Shown here piece after piece: positions 52,429 through 62,725 of a stretch of DNA of 64,000 bases. Source of the stretch: Bacillales bacterium UBA5026 (GTDB taxonomy: Bacteria; Bacillota_I; Bacilli_A; RF39; UBA660); assembly GCA_002416285.1 (NCBI GenBank), contig DICM01000030.1, forward strand, positions 2,468 through 66,467. The letters are read 5' to 3'. A program made the position numbers and the translations under genes. The notes under the pieces are model-generated. The model made no database searches. It saw only the letters and a list, made by a program, of their open reading frames with translations, and was not told the origin of the DNA. Each line of letters begins with the position of its first letter. Within the stretch, counting starts at the first letter, position 1.

Positions 52429-53316
52429 TTATTCTATAATCTCTTGTTCTAATATTAGCTCAATATCAAATTTTTCTTTTACTTTTTCTTTAATTAGATT
52501 AATCAAGGTTACGATATCACTACCATGAACACCTTTTTCAGTAATGATAAAATTCGCATGCTTCTCACTAACTTGGGCTTTCCCATAGTGATATCCTTTA
52601 AATCCAGCATCTTCAATTAGTTTTCCAGCAAAGTTTCCCTCTGGATTACGGAATACACTTCCGGCACTAGGATATTCGAGAGGTTGAGCGAGCATTCTTC
52701 TTTTTTTACGGTCCTCTACTAATTCCATAATTTCAGCACTATTGCCTGTTCCCAGTTCCATTTCTGCAGATAAACAGATATAACTAGGATTTGTTTTTAA
52801 AAAGGATGTACGATAGTGAAATTCTAATTCTTTATTTTCCATTGTTTTTATTTCATAGGATGGAGTTAAAACGCGAATTCTCTTTACGATATACCCCATA
52901 TCACTTTTATAAGCTCCGGCATTATTATAAATGGCTCCACCGATGGTTCCATAGATACCTGTTGCGAATTCTATACCAGTATATCCTAAACGACAAAGTT
53001 TAAGTGCAAGCCTCTGTGTAGAATAACCTGCACCTACTGTAATGTGAGCATTGTCGATGTTCAACTCATCAAAATCCAATTTGATAAGTACTCCCTCATA
53101 AATATCATTTTTAAATATGATGTTAGATCCTCCACCGAGGATTCGATAGGGAACATTCTCTTCTTTTAATAATTGAAGTAACTCTATAAGAGCATCTTCC
53201 GTCTTCACTGTACAAAGATATTTGCCCATAGCAGCAATCTTATAAGTAGTATAGCGTTCTAAGTTGACATCTGTCTCAACTTTAAGATCACTAATATCTT
53301 TTATTTTATCTAACAT
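52429..53316 (-). CDS. murB: UDP-N-acetylenolpyruvoylglucosamine reductase MurB
   Basis: FAD-binding domain and MurB C-terminal domain. Confidence 0.9.
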   Translation of the reverse strand: MLDKIKDISDLKVETDVNLERYTTYKIAAMGKYLCTVKTEDALIELLQLLKEENVPYRILGGGSNIIFKNDIYEGVLIKLDFDELNIDNAHITVGAGYSTQRLALKLCRLGYTGIEFATGIYGTIGGAIYNNAGAYKSDMGYIVKRIRVLTPSYEIKTMENKELEFHYRTSFLKTNPSYICLSAEMELGTGNSAEIMELVEDRKKRRMLAQPLEYPSAGSVFRNPEGNFAGKLIEDAGFKGYHYGKAQVSEKHANFIITEKGVHGSDIVTLINLIKEKVKEKFDIELILEQEIIE

Positions 53317-53318
53317 AT

Positions 53319-54407
53319 TTACTCCCCTACTAATTTTTTAATCTCCTCATAGATCTTACCGGTACTATTTGGTACACTCATAGATTTAAGTGAAGCTTTC
53401 ATTTGTTCTTGTAACTCTTTATTTGCCAAAACACGATCAACTTCACGGATTAAAACATCCCCTTTTAAATCTTTTTCTTCCATTAATAGTGCGGCATTTT
53501 TACGTACTAAATCCATCGCATTTTTAAATTGATGATTATTAGGTACATATGGACTAGGAATTAAAATAGATGGAATTTGCAGTGCTATAATTTCACTTAA
53601 GGTGGAAGCTCCAGCTCTAGTTACCATCAAATCTGTTTTCTTCATTAATTGTGTCATTTTATCGATATAAGGAACTACTTTTACATTACTTGGAAATTTC
53701 TGTTCTTTGACAGTTTCGTAATAATCCTTTCCTGTTACAAATAAAACCTCATATGGTTTCCCTTGAACAGCACTCATTGTTTTCATTAAAAAATCATTCA
53801 TCTTACTTGATCCAAGTGATCCCATAACAAATAGCACTAATTGTTTATCTTCTCTTAAACCATAAGGCATTTTTGATGCAGTTGGTGCTTTTATTGCGGA
53901 TTCACTACAAGGATTCCCCGTATATATTGTCTTATAGTCTGGAAATTCCTTCATTGAAGTTTGAAACGACACAAGGATTCGATCTACAAACTTGCTTAAA
54001 AATAAATTTGCTTTTCCTGGAATACTATTTTGTTCATGGATCACTGTTTTATATCCAAGTTTATGAGCAGCATAAAGGACTGGTCCAGTAACATATCCAC
54101 CAGCTCCAATTACAATATCTGGATTAAAATCACGAATTAATTTTTTAGAACGTTTAATTGCTTTAAAAAAAGTCATTAAGGTTTTTCCATTCTTCCAAAA
54201 TTGTTTTCTTTGAATACCATAGATTTCAATTGTTTCAAATGGAATTCCATGACTAGGGATAATTTCTTTTTCCATTCGATTATGGGTTCCAATATAAAGA
54301 AATTCACTTGTGGGTTCCTCTTCTTTAATTTTATTCAAAATTGCTAAAGCAGGATAAATATGACCTCCAGATCCACCGGCACTTATTACAACTCGCAAAT
54401 GAATCAC
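53319..54407 (-). CDS. murG: Undecaprenyldiphospho-muramoylpentapeptide beta-N-acetylglucosaminyltransferase MurG
   Basis: VVISAGGSGGHIYPALA G-loop. Confidence 0.9.
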   Translation of the reverse strand: MIHLRVVISAGGSGGHIYPALAILNKIKEEEPTSEFLYIGTHNRMEKEIIPSHGIPFETIEIYGIQRKQFWKNGKTLMTFFKAIKRSKKLIRDFNPDIVIGAGGYVTGPVLYAAHKLGYKTVIHEQNSIPGKANLFLSKFVDRILVSFQTSMKEFPDYKTIYTGNPCSESAIKAPTASKMPYGLREDKQLVLFVMGSLGSSKMNDFLMKTMSAVQGKPYEVLFVTGKDYYETVKEQKFPSNVKVVPYIDKMTQLMKKTDLMVTRAGASTLSEIIALQIPSILIPSPYVPNNHQFKNAMDLVRKNAALLMEEKDLKGDVLIREVDRVLANKELQEQMKASLKSMSVPNSTGKIYEEIKKLVGE

Positions 54408-54651
54408 TTCCTTCCTACTATATTATATCATAATCTATGCGGAGTGCACAAAAAATAGAATTTTCATAGGTAACTCGACTGTTCTAGTTCTACAAGTTCA
54501 TTTTATGTAAAATTATTTTTCTTTTAAATAGACGATTAACCTATTCAATGATATTCTATTTCAAATTTCAAAAAATGTAAACACTTTTTTCTAAAAATAA
54601 AATACTAGAAAAAATTAAACTTTTCTAGTATAATGTTTTTAGGTGGTAGTA

Positions 54652-55203
54652 ATGAATACAGAATTACAGGATCTTTTTTCAGAAGAATTGTCAAAAAAAG
54701 AAGCGAAAGATAGAAAAAAATTAGAAAAATTTCGCAGATATGAAGAAAAAAGAAAAATAAAAAATGAACGTAAACTAGAAAAAAAAGAAAATCGTGAATT
54801 TCAAAAACGGATTGATGAACTAAAATTTGAACCAAAAGAGGAAATTACAACTCGAAGTGAAAGACGAGAACTTGAAGAAACAAAAGAATTAATGAAAGAG
54901 CTCGAGACTTTAAAAAGACAACCAGAATTAGAACGTCTAGAAAAGCAAGAAAAAGGTAGTTTCTTAGGAGAAGTATTTCTTGGACTTGGAGTGGTTGGAT
55001 TAATTCTATTAAGTGCTGATTATGTTTTATTCTGTTATCTTAAGAATCAAGACGAATTAATTTCTGCAGGAATTCTAGTTGGAACAACGATTTCTTTCGC
55101 TCTTGCACTAACAGTACAACATAAAGGTGCACGTAAATTTTTTAGTTTTCTTGCTTGTGTTGCTTTTATTGCTTTTATGGCTTATCAAATTATTAATGTA
55201 TAA
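54652..55203 (+). CDS. Lys/Glu-rich coiled-coil protein with a C-terminal two-TM anchor
   Basis: Start at MNTELQ after a TAGGTGGTAG RBS. The charged N-terminal 110 aa are followed by two hydrophobic helices. Confidence 0.45.
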   Translation: MNTELQDLFSEELSKKEAKDRKKLEKFRRYEEKRKIKNERKLEKKENREFQKRIDELKFEPKEEITTRSERRELEETKELMKELETLKRQPELERLEKQEKGSFLGEVFLGLGVVGLILLSADYVLFCYLKNQDELISAGILVGTTISFALALTVQHKGARKFFSFLACVAFIAFMAYQIINV

Positions 55204-55213
55204 TAAAAGAATC

Positions 55214-56545
55214 CTATTCGGATTCTTTTTCTATATCTTCTTTTTCTCGTGATGGTTTCACTTTCGGTTTTTTATGTTTTAACAATTTTGTTGTTAAGAC
55301 GATAGTTGACCCTAAAAATAGAATAGTTGTTGTTGCAAGTACAATGATGATCTTTAATGATGGATCATCTTGTTTTTTTTCTTCTCGGTAAATTTGAAGT
55401 GTATTCTCTTCTTCATCATAGTTATAAAAATTACTTTTTCCAGTTTCTACATTCATTCCATAAAGTAATGTTTTTTCCGTCTTATCATTAAAGTAGACTG
55501 TAACCTCATTTTCTCCAATTTTCATCGTTTTTTTGATAAAACCAATCGGAATAGCATTTGGTTCTTCTCCTAACAAAATTACTCGATTAAAAGTTATTTC
55601 GGTATATTTTAGATAGGTACTACTTCCATCATAACGATAAAGAGAAACTGCTCCAGTCTCATCCTTTAAGCCAACTAAGGTAAGTCCAGTAATAGAATTG
55701 GTAAAGGCAGGAACATCTTCATTGTTAATTTTAATTGTTGTCTCAGTATAGTTGTTTGGAGCTTGTAAATCACTCTTTTTTCGGACCACTGTCAGTTTCT
55801 GGTCATCTACAGTAACTTCAATTGGATTATACTCTTTTACCGTTGCATTAATTACATAAGTTCGAACATTTCCATTTTGAGCTGTTACTTTAATTTCAAT
55901 ACGATTAGCACCTTCACTAAGTCCTATCTCCCCTGTTCCAGTTACACTGGCTGTTGAATCTTCCACACTAGCTCCAATCGTAATGTTTGGAGTCTCTGGT
56001 TCAAGTTCTAAACTGTATTCAAGCGTATCTCGATTAAATGCTGGCGTTAATTCATGTCCGTCAACTGTTAGAGAAGAAAGATAATTATTTTTGCTATAGC
56101 TTGCTTCAATATCCGCTTGTGTTAGTATATTAATACTAGCCGATCCTTTTGATACCCCAATTGGTGATTCTGTATTCCAATCATATATACTAGCAGAGCT
56201 AATAGAAACTGAGCCCGTTCCTTTTGCAAGTGCTTTAAACTTAAATGTATAGCTTACGTTTTTTTTGCTTCCATCTCCTGCACCAATCATTGTTTGACCT
56301 TCAGCAGTACTACTTAAGAATTGTAGCTTTGAACTATCATATACTAAAGTTGCTTGCCAAGAACCAAGAGCATCTGTCGATGAAACCGTAACAGTTGCTG
56401 TTACTGTAGAGCCGACAACTGCACTACTACTTGATAATTTGACACTGACACTTCCACTCGCTGCTTTAAGAGGTTGCATTCCTGCAAAAAATAACCCTAT
56501 CAAGAAAAGAAACACAAAAATTTGCTTAAACCACTTTTTATTCAT
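55214..56545 (-). CDS. Membrane-anchored cohesin-domain protein with a cadherin-like beta-sandwich domain
   Basis: Signal peptide, a cohesin-like module (VSVKLSSSSAVVGSTVTATVTVSS...LVYDSSKLQF), the motif YLSSLTVDGHELTPAFNRDTLEYSLEL, and a C-terminal TM helix plus basic tail. Confidence 0.55.
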   Translation of the reverse strand: MNKKWFKQIFVFLFLIGLFFAGMQPLKAASGSVSVKLSSSSAVVGSTVTATVTVSSTDALGSWQATLVYDSSKLQFLSSTAEGQTMIGAGDGSKKNVSYTFKFKALAKGTGSVSISSASIYDWNTESPIGVSKGSASINILTQADIEASYSKNNYLSSLTVDGHELTPAFNRDTLEYSLELEPETPNITIGASVEDSTASVTGTGEIGLSEGANRIEIKVTAQNGNVRTYVINATVKEYNPIEVTVDDQKLTVVRKKSDLQAPNNYTETTIKINNEDVPAFTNSITGLTLVGLKDETGAVSLYRYDGSSTYLKYTEITFNRVILLGEEPNAIPIGFIKKTMKIGENEVTVYFNDKTEKTLLYGMNVETGKSNFYNYDEEENTLQIYREEKKQDDPSLKIIIVLATTTILFLGSTIVLTTKLLKHKKPKVKPSREKEDIEKESE

Positions 56546-56557
56546 AATTAACCTCCA

Positions 56558-58531
56558 TTACTGTTGTATTTGATCTACTCCTAAAATTGTTTTTTGAATA
56601 CGAATTAAATCAGCTGGATCAACCGTTCCATTACGATTCGCATCTGCAGCTTTCATATAAACTTCTGCATAAGTTGTTCCTAAGAGAATTTTTTGAACAC
56701 GTAATAAATCAGCTAAGCCAATCGTTCCATCACCTGTTGCATCTCCAGCAATAATAAATTGATAAGTCTTTGTTTCACCATTGCTTGTAAGAACTAATTT
56801 TTGCCCTGTTGCGATTGTTTTATTTGTTATTTCATTATTATTGACATCTTGAAATTTAACACTGACAAATCCGTTGATGTTTCTTACTTTTTCTGCAATA
56901 TTATCAGTGGAAGTTCCAAGCCCGATCCCACTCATATAAGAATCGTTGATACGATATCCTAAACTATTTACAACATCATCAACACTAATTGGAACATCAT
57001 TTAGTTTTTCAAAATTAATTTTGTAATTTCTAATTGAACCATTTTGTGCTTTTACCTCGACAGTCACTGTTTGTTTTACCGATGTTAAATTAATCTTTCC
57101 AAATCCACTCACTGTGGCTTTACTATTTACTGCACTTCCACCGATTACCACATCGCCAGTAGAAGCTGATACTTTCATTGTATATTCGTTTTGATCCATA
57201 TTGAATTGATCAATTAGTTTTCCATTTACCGTTAGTGAACTTAAATAATTATTTGGATTACCAGTATTTGGTAATGTCGTTACTTCAGGCATGTTCGCAT
57301 ATATAGGAACTGAGAATGTTAAATTCGCACTAATTCCCTCATACGTTTTTGCTAAAGACTCTGCTTCTGATTTTGGAGCTTGCACATTGGTCATATATTG
57401 ATGGCTATAAAGATCTCCTACCATATCCCATTTTTGTAAATATAATGTATTTTGCCCAACATTAATATATCCACTACCAATAAAATTAGCTCCGCCTATA
57501 ATTGATTTGTAGCGAGTATCCCAACCTTTGTTTTTCGCATAAATTAATCCATTCTCAATAGCACCTCTTCCATCAGAAGAATAGGCCCCAATATTAAAGA
57601 AATTATAATAACCTTCATATCCAGAGACAGTTCCTGTAACACTTCCACTACAACTAGAACTTCCATTTACTTCTTGCCTTGAACGAGCAGCTAGTAAGTA
57701 AGGACTCACTCCAGAAGCTTGTGCTGCTTCATAAAAATCTTGTGCATATGTTCTAGTAACACCGTTTTCATTATAGTTTCCACTCAAACAGCTTCCATTA
57801 AGAATACTTTGAACGCCATCTAACGTGTATGAACTACTGTTTCCAAGAGTTACAAACATAAATACTAATGGGTCGTTCAAGAAGTTTCTAGGATCGAGAT
57901 AATAGGCAACAGTTTCTGCATTTGCTGCATACCAACCCTTACCGTCAAAATTATCTTTGAATGTATCAGTGTAATGATCATAAGAAGCCTCTGCTGTCGA
58001 TAGCCACCCTGGCGTAAAACTATTGATTAAACTCTTCCCAACAATTGATTCATTTTGAACGGCTTTGTAAAAATCTAAATATTGATCGCCTTCTTTTACA
58101 AAATAAGGTTCAAAATCCCAGTTTGAATGAGCTTCTTTTAAAGCATTTAATGATGGCCAGTAACTTTCTGGAAATTTCAATTCTTTCCATAGATCATTAT
58201 ATTTGGTTGATGCTTCAAAGCTAATTGCATCTCCACATACATATCCTCGATAAGCCATATATTCAACATAGTAATAGGAAGTCTGACATTTCGCATTCGT
58301 AGAGACTACTGGTACTACAGAATCAACAATTGTAACACGATCTCCGGCAGTTAAATAGCCTGCTGGAACATAAGTCCATGTCCCTCCTTCATTCGGTTGC
58401 GTTCTAAATGTAGAGGTTCCTTTCATAATATATGACTGTCCTGCTCTCACTAGATCAAAAGCAGAGAAAAAAATTAAGCAAAAAAAATACAAAAATCCGC
58501 ATAATTTAACAATCTGTTTTATTTTTTTCAT
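56558..58531 (-). CDS. Secreted peptidoglycan hydrolase: SH3b, glucosaminidase (Lyz2) domain, cadherin-like domain, and a C-terminal type I dockerin
   Basis: Signal peptide. The glucosaminidase core reads YAQDFYEAAQASGVSPYLLAARSRQE...GQNTLYLQKWD. The dockerin repeats read DATGDGTIGLADLLRVQKILLG and DANRNGTVDPADLIRIQKTILG. Confidence 0.7.
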   Translation of the reverse strand: MKKIKQIVKLCGFLYFFCLIFFSAFDLVRAGQSYIMKGTSTFRTQPNEGGTWTYVPAGYLTAGDRVTIVDSVVPVVSTNAKCQTSYYYVEYMAYRGYVCGDAISFEASTKYNDLWKELKFPESYWPSLNALKEAHSNWDFEPYFVKEGDQYLDFYKAVQNESIVGKSLINSFTPGWLSTAEASYDHYTDTFKDNFDGKGWYAANAETVAYYLDPRNFLNDPLVFMFVTLGNSSSYTLDGVQSILNGSCLSGNYNENGVTRTYAQDFYEAAQASGVSPYLLAARSRQEVNGSSSCSGSVTGTVSGYEGYYNFFNIGAYSSDGRGAIENGLIYAKNKGWDTRYKSIIGGANFIGSGYINVGQNTLYLQKWDMVGDLYSHQYMTNVQAPKSEAESLAKTYEGISANLTFSVPIYANMPEVTTLPNTGNPNNYLSSLTVNGKLIDQFNMDQNEYTMKVSASTGDVVIGGSAVNSKATVSGFGKINLTSVKQTVTVEVKAQNGSIRNYKINFEKLNDVPISVDDVVNSLGYRINDSYMSGIGLGTSTDNIAEKVRNINGFVSVKFQDVNNNEITNKTIATGQKLVLTSNGETKTYQFIIAGDATGDGTIGLADLLRVQKILLGTTYAEVYMKAADANRNGTVDPADLIRIQKTILGVDQIQQ

Positions 58532-58564
58532 ATTATCACCTAACTTCTACGTTACTCTAACGAT

Positions 58565-58600
58565 ATTATAGCAAATTTCGACATTTTTGTATAGGTTTTT
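58565..58600 (-). promoter_or_regulatory. Extended -10 promoter for the glucosaminidase-cohesin operon
   Basis: Minus strand reads TGCTATAAT. Confidence 0.4.
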
Positions 58601-58603
58601 ACA

Positions 58604-58638
58604 GCCTGTTGACAAAAAAAAGGAAAACCGTAGCACTA
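58604..58638 (-). terminator. Minus-strand intrinsic terminator hairpin (insulator) adjacent to an IS-TIR-like motif
   Basis: Minus strand reads GGAAAATCGTAG-TGC-CTACGGTTTTCC followed by TTTTTTTT. Confidence 0.45.
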
Positions 58639-58791
58639 CGATTTTCCAATGTATTATTTCTAATACAATATAATATATGCAGGTGTTTATAAATGCATAC
58701 ATTTTTAATAAAAATCTATCATATTCTATGTTAGAATATTTGCGTAATTGTCCTAGACATGCTACAATATTATTATTCAAGGAGGATCCCT

Positions 58792-59439
58792 ATGAAAGAA
58801 AAAAAATCATATAAAGAAGTAATTCCAAATATTCTTACTGCGTCGCGAATCATATTTACACCTATTATTATTGCATTAGGATTTTTTAAATATATGAATT
58901 TAGTGATTTTATTAGTAATAATTGCCGCACTAACTGATCTATTCGATGGTTATCTAGCTAGAAAATGGAACGTTGTTTCTTTAAAAGGTGCGAAATTAGA
59001 TGCCGTTGCCGATAAAGTATTTGTGATTGGATTAATTGCTGCGTTATGTAGAAATTACCCTGTATTATTAATTCCATTTATATTAGAAATTATTATTGGT
59101 CTTTCAAATTTATTTTATCATTATAAAAAAAATATTACAAAATCTTTATTGATTGGAAAAATTAAAACATGCTTTTTATTTACAACTGTTATATTAGCAT
59201 TTATTGTTAGTTATCATAATAGTGCATCATCAGCATTTCATGGTTTTTTGATGGTTACTATCAACTTGCAAGTTCTAAGTATATTTGCTTACCTTGCCTT
59301 CTACTTTGATTATGAAGAACCTGAAGAATCATCTCTAACAATTTTAAATACTACAATTGATGAAGAGGTTGAGCCGACAATTTTACTTGATGATTTACAA
59401 GATTTTATAGAAGAATTAGACATAGAGCACTTAGAATAG
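58792..59439 (+). CDS. CDP-alcohol phosphatidyltransferase (PgsA-like) with an acidic C-terminal tail
   Basis: DLFDGYLARKWN...AKLDAVADK motif. Start at MKEKK with a GGAGGA RBS. TTGCGT-N17-TACAAT promoter. Confidence 0.7.
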   Translation: MKEKKSYKEVIPNILTASRIIFTPIIIALGFFKYMNLVILLVIIAALTDLFDGYLARKWNVVSLKGAKLDAVADKVFVIGLIAALCRNYPVLLIPFILEIIIGLSNLFYHYKKNITKSLLIGKIKTCFLFTTVILAFIVSYHNSASSAFHGFLMVTINLQVLSIFAYLAFYFDYEEPEESSLTILNTTIDEEVEPTILLDDLQDFIEELDIEHLE

Positions 59440-59520
59440 GTGCTTTTTTTATGAATATAGAGCAAATTATCTATCCAACAAATTCACTTCCTCATATGAT
59501 ATAACTGAAGGAGGGATTAA

Positions 59521-60948
<1,428 letters not shown>

Positions 60949-60960
60949 GTATTAACGAAA

Positions 60961-60981
60961 AGTAAACCTATAAGGTTTACT
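60961..60981. repeat. Left 21-bp direct repeat flanking the IS (palindromic hairpin AGTAAACC-TATAA-GGTTTACT)
   Basis: Identical to 62647-62667. Confidence 0.8.
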
Positions 60982-62646
60982 TCAGACTGTTGACAAATAG
61001 GTTCAAAATGACTTATTTGTCTTTTTTTATGAAAAGTCAGATAAAATAAAGGTAACTTCTATTAGGCTACCTACACTAGGCATAATGATGTAAGGCAAAT
61101 TTTTTCAGATTCATGCACGCATAAAGCAGAGTCAACTCTCGATGGACTCTTTGTTTTGTTCTAAAGTATGTACTTCTTAATCCGTACTTCATTTTTCCAT
61201 CTGCAAAGACTCTTTCTATATGGCATGGTCTTTGCTTATATACTTCTTTTACTTCATCATGATGTCTATAATCAATTACCATTTCTTTATATCCTTCCCA
61301 TACATGTCTTAAGATTTGTTTATATTTGCTCTTTGTACATTTGTTTTTATATTGACATTTTGAACAATCATGTTCATATGCTTTATAAATAATATAACCA
61401 TTTTTATCGATTCGACCTGTAGGTATTAAATCTTTCTCATTTGGACATATGTAAATATTATTATATTCATCATAAGTGAATTCGTATTTTTTTATGTAAT
61501 CTTTTCTATATCCTTTCCTTGTATAAGGAAAAGCTGGTATCATTTCTAAATCTATTAAAGTTTTACAAATATGAGGTGTGATGTAAGCTGCATCTCCTAC
61601 AAAATAATTTATATTAGATATATCAAAGTGATTAGTTAAATTTTCAAATGATTGATAAAAAGATACTGAGTCATGGACATTGCTTCCGTTTGTATCTACT
61701 GTTAATACATAATTATTATTTTCACAAATAACACTGGTATTATATCCAAACATCTTTTCTTTATCACTTTTATATAACATTCCTGCATCTTTATCTACAT
61801 CACTTACGATAATTGCTTTTTCGCCAATTACTTCTTCAGTATTTACTTCTTCATTACATCTTACAATTTTTTCTACTTCTTCTAAATATTCTTCATCTGT
61901 TAAATCTTCTTCTTGTAACCCCTTTAAGGCTATTTCTAAATCTAATTCCTTTTGATACTTTTTAGCTTCAACACTAACTAATTCTTTATGATTTTTCTTT
62001 TTATTGGCATAAGCTTTTGTATGGGTTGAATCAATATAAACAGCAGTCATATCTAAACAATTCCAATTTATTAATAAATCTATTACTTTATCAAATACTG
62101 TTTGAAGTAAATCATGTTCTAGCTTACAAAACTTTTTTTTATAATTCTGTGAATATGTAGAATGATTTGGTACCTCTTCACATAAATTATACCCAATAAA
62201 CCATCTATATAAATTATTATATTTTAAATTTTCATATGTTTTTCTCAAACTATCTTCATGAAAAAGGAACTTTAATATATGAATTTTTATCAAAACTACA
62301 GGGTCGATACTTCTTCTGCCAACCCTAGAATATAGTTTTTCTACCTCTTCATATATAAAGTTCCAATCAAAATGTTGTTCTATGACTCTTAAAAAATGAT
62401 CACTTGGAATCATATCTTCTAAATTTACTATTTCACTTGCATATTGTCTATTTTCTCTTTTAGTCATTGCCATATATATCACTTACTTTCTTATATTATC
62501 CATATTAATTATACCATTTTTTCACAAAAAAAGTAAGGAATATAAGCTTTAATTTTGGATAATATAAGCTTCCTTACATATACATCATACTACATTTTAT
62601 CTAAAATAAAAAGACCATTAACAAATTTTATTTGTCAACAGTCTGA
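60982..62646 (-). mobile_element. IS1182-family insertion sequence (1665 bp) with perfect 18-bp terminal inverted repeats
   Basis: TIRs read TCAGACTGTTGACAAATA at 60982-60999 and its reverse complement at 62629-62646. Flanked by 21-bp direct repeats. Confidence 0.8.
61076..62482 (-). CDS. IS1182-family DDE transposase
   Basis: The N-terminus MIPSDHFLRVIEQHFDWNFIY...IDPVVLIKI matches the transposase InsH N-terminal domain. The C-terminus LTLLYACMNLKKFA matches the DDE_Tnp_1 tail. Confidence 0.85.
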   Translation of the reverse strand: MIYMAMTKRENRQYASEIVNLEDMIPSDHFLRVIEQHFDWNFIYEEVEKLYSRVGRRSIDPVVLIKIHILKFLFHEDSLRKTYENLKYNNLYRWFIGYNLCEEVPNHSTYSQNYKKKFCKLEHDLLQTVFDKVIDLLINWNCLDMTAVYIDSTHTKAYANKKKNHKELVSVEAKKYQKELDLEIALKGLQEEDLTDEEYLEEVEKIVRCNEEVNTEEVIGEKAIIVSDVDKDAGMLYKSDKEKMFGYNTSVICENNNYVLTVDTNGSNVHDSVSFYQSFENLTNHFDISNINYFVGDAAYITPHICKTLIDLEMIPAFPYTRKGYRKDYIKKYEFTYDEYNNIYICPNEKDLIPTGRIDKNGYIIYKAYEHDCSKCQYKNKCTKSKYKQILRHVWEGYKEMVIDYRHHDEVKEVYKQRPCHIERVFADGKMKYGLRSTYFRTKQRVHRELTLLYACMNLKKFALHHYA

Positions 62647-62675
62647 AGTAAACCTATAAGGTTTACTTTTTTATT
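62647..62675 (+). terminator. Right 21-bp direct repeat plus T-run: the collagen-gene rho-independent terminator displaced by the IS
   Basis: AGTAAACC-TATAA-GGTTTACT followed by TTTTTTATT. Confidence 0.6.
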
Positions 62676-62725
62676 ATCATAAAAATATTTAATTCATATA
62701 ATAGTATAGAAATTGGAGGTAAGAA

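Noticed and set aside
54605-54835. 76-aa minus-strand ORF
   Set aside because: It is antisense to the Lys/Glu-rich region of the 54652 gene and is a low-complexity F/L-rich artefact.
58547-58780. 77-aa minus-strand ORF upstream of the glucosaminidase gene
   Set aside because: It spans a promoter, an intrinsic terminator hairpin and the plus-strand pgsA-like promoter. It has no RBS and an AT-rich codon composition.
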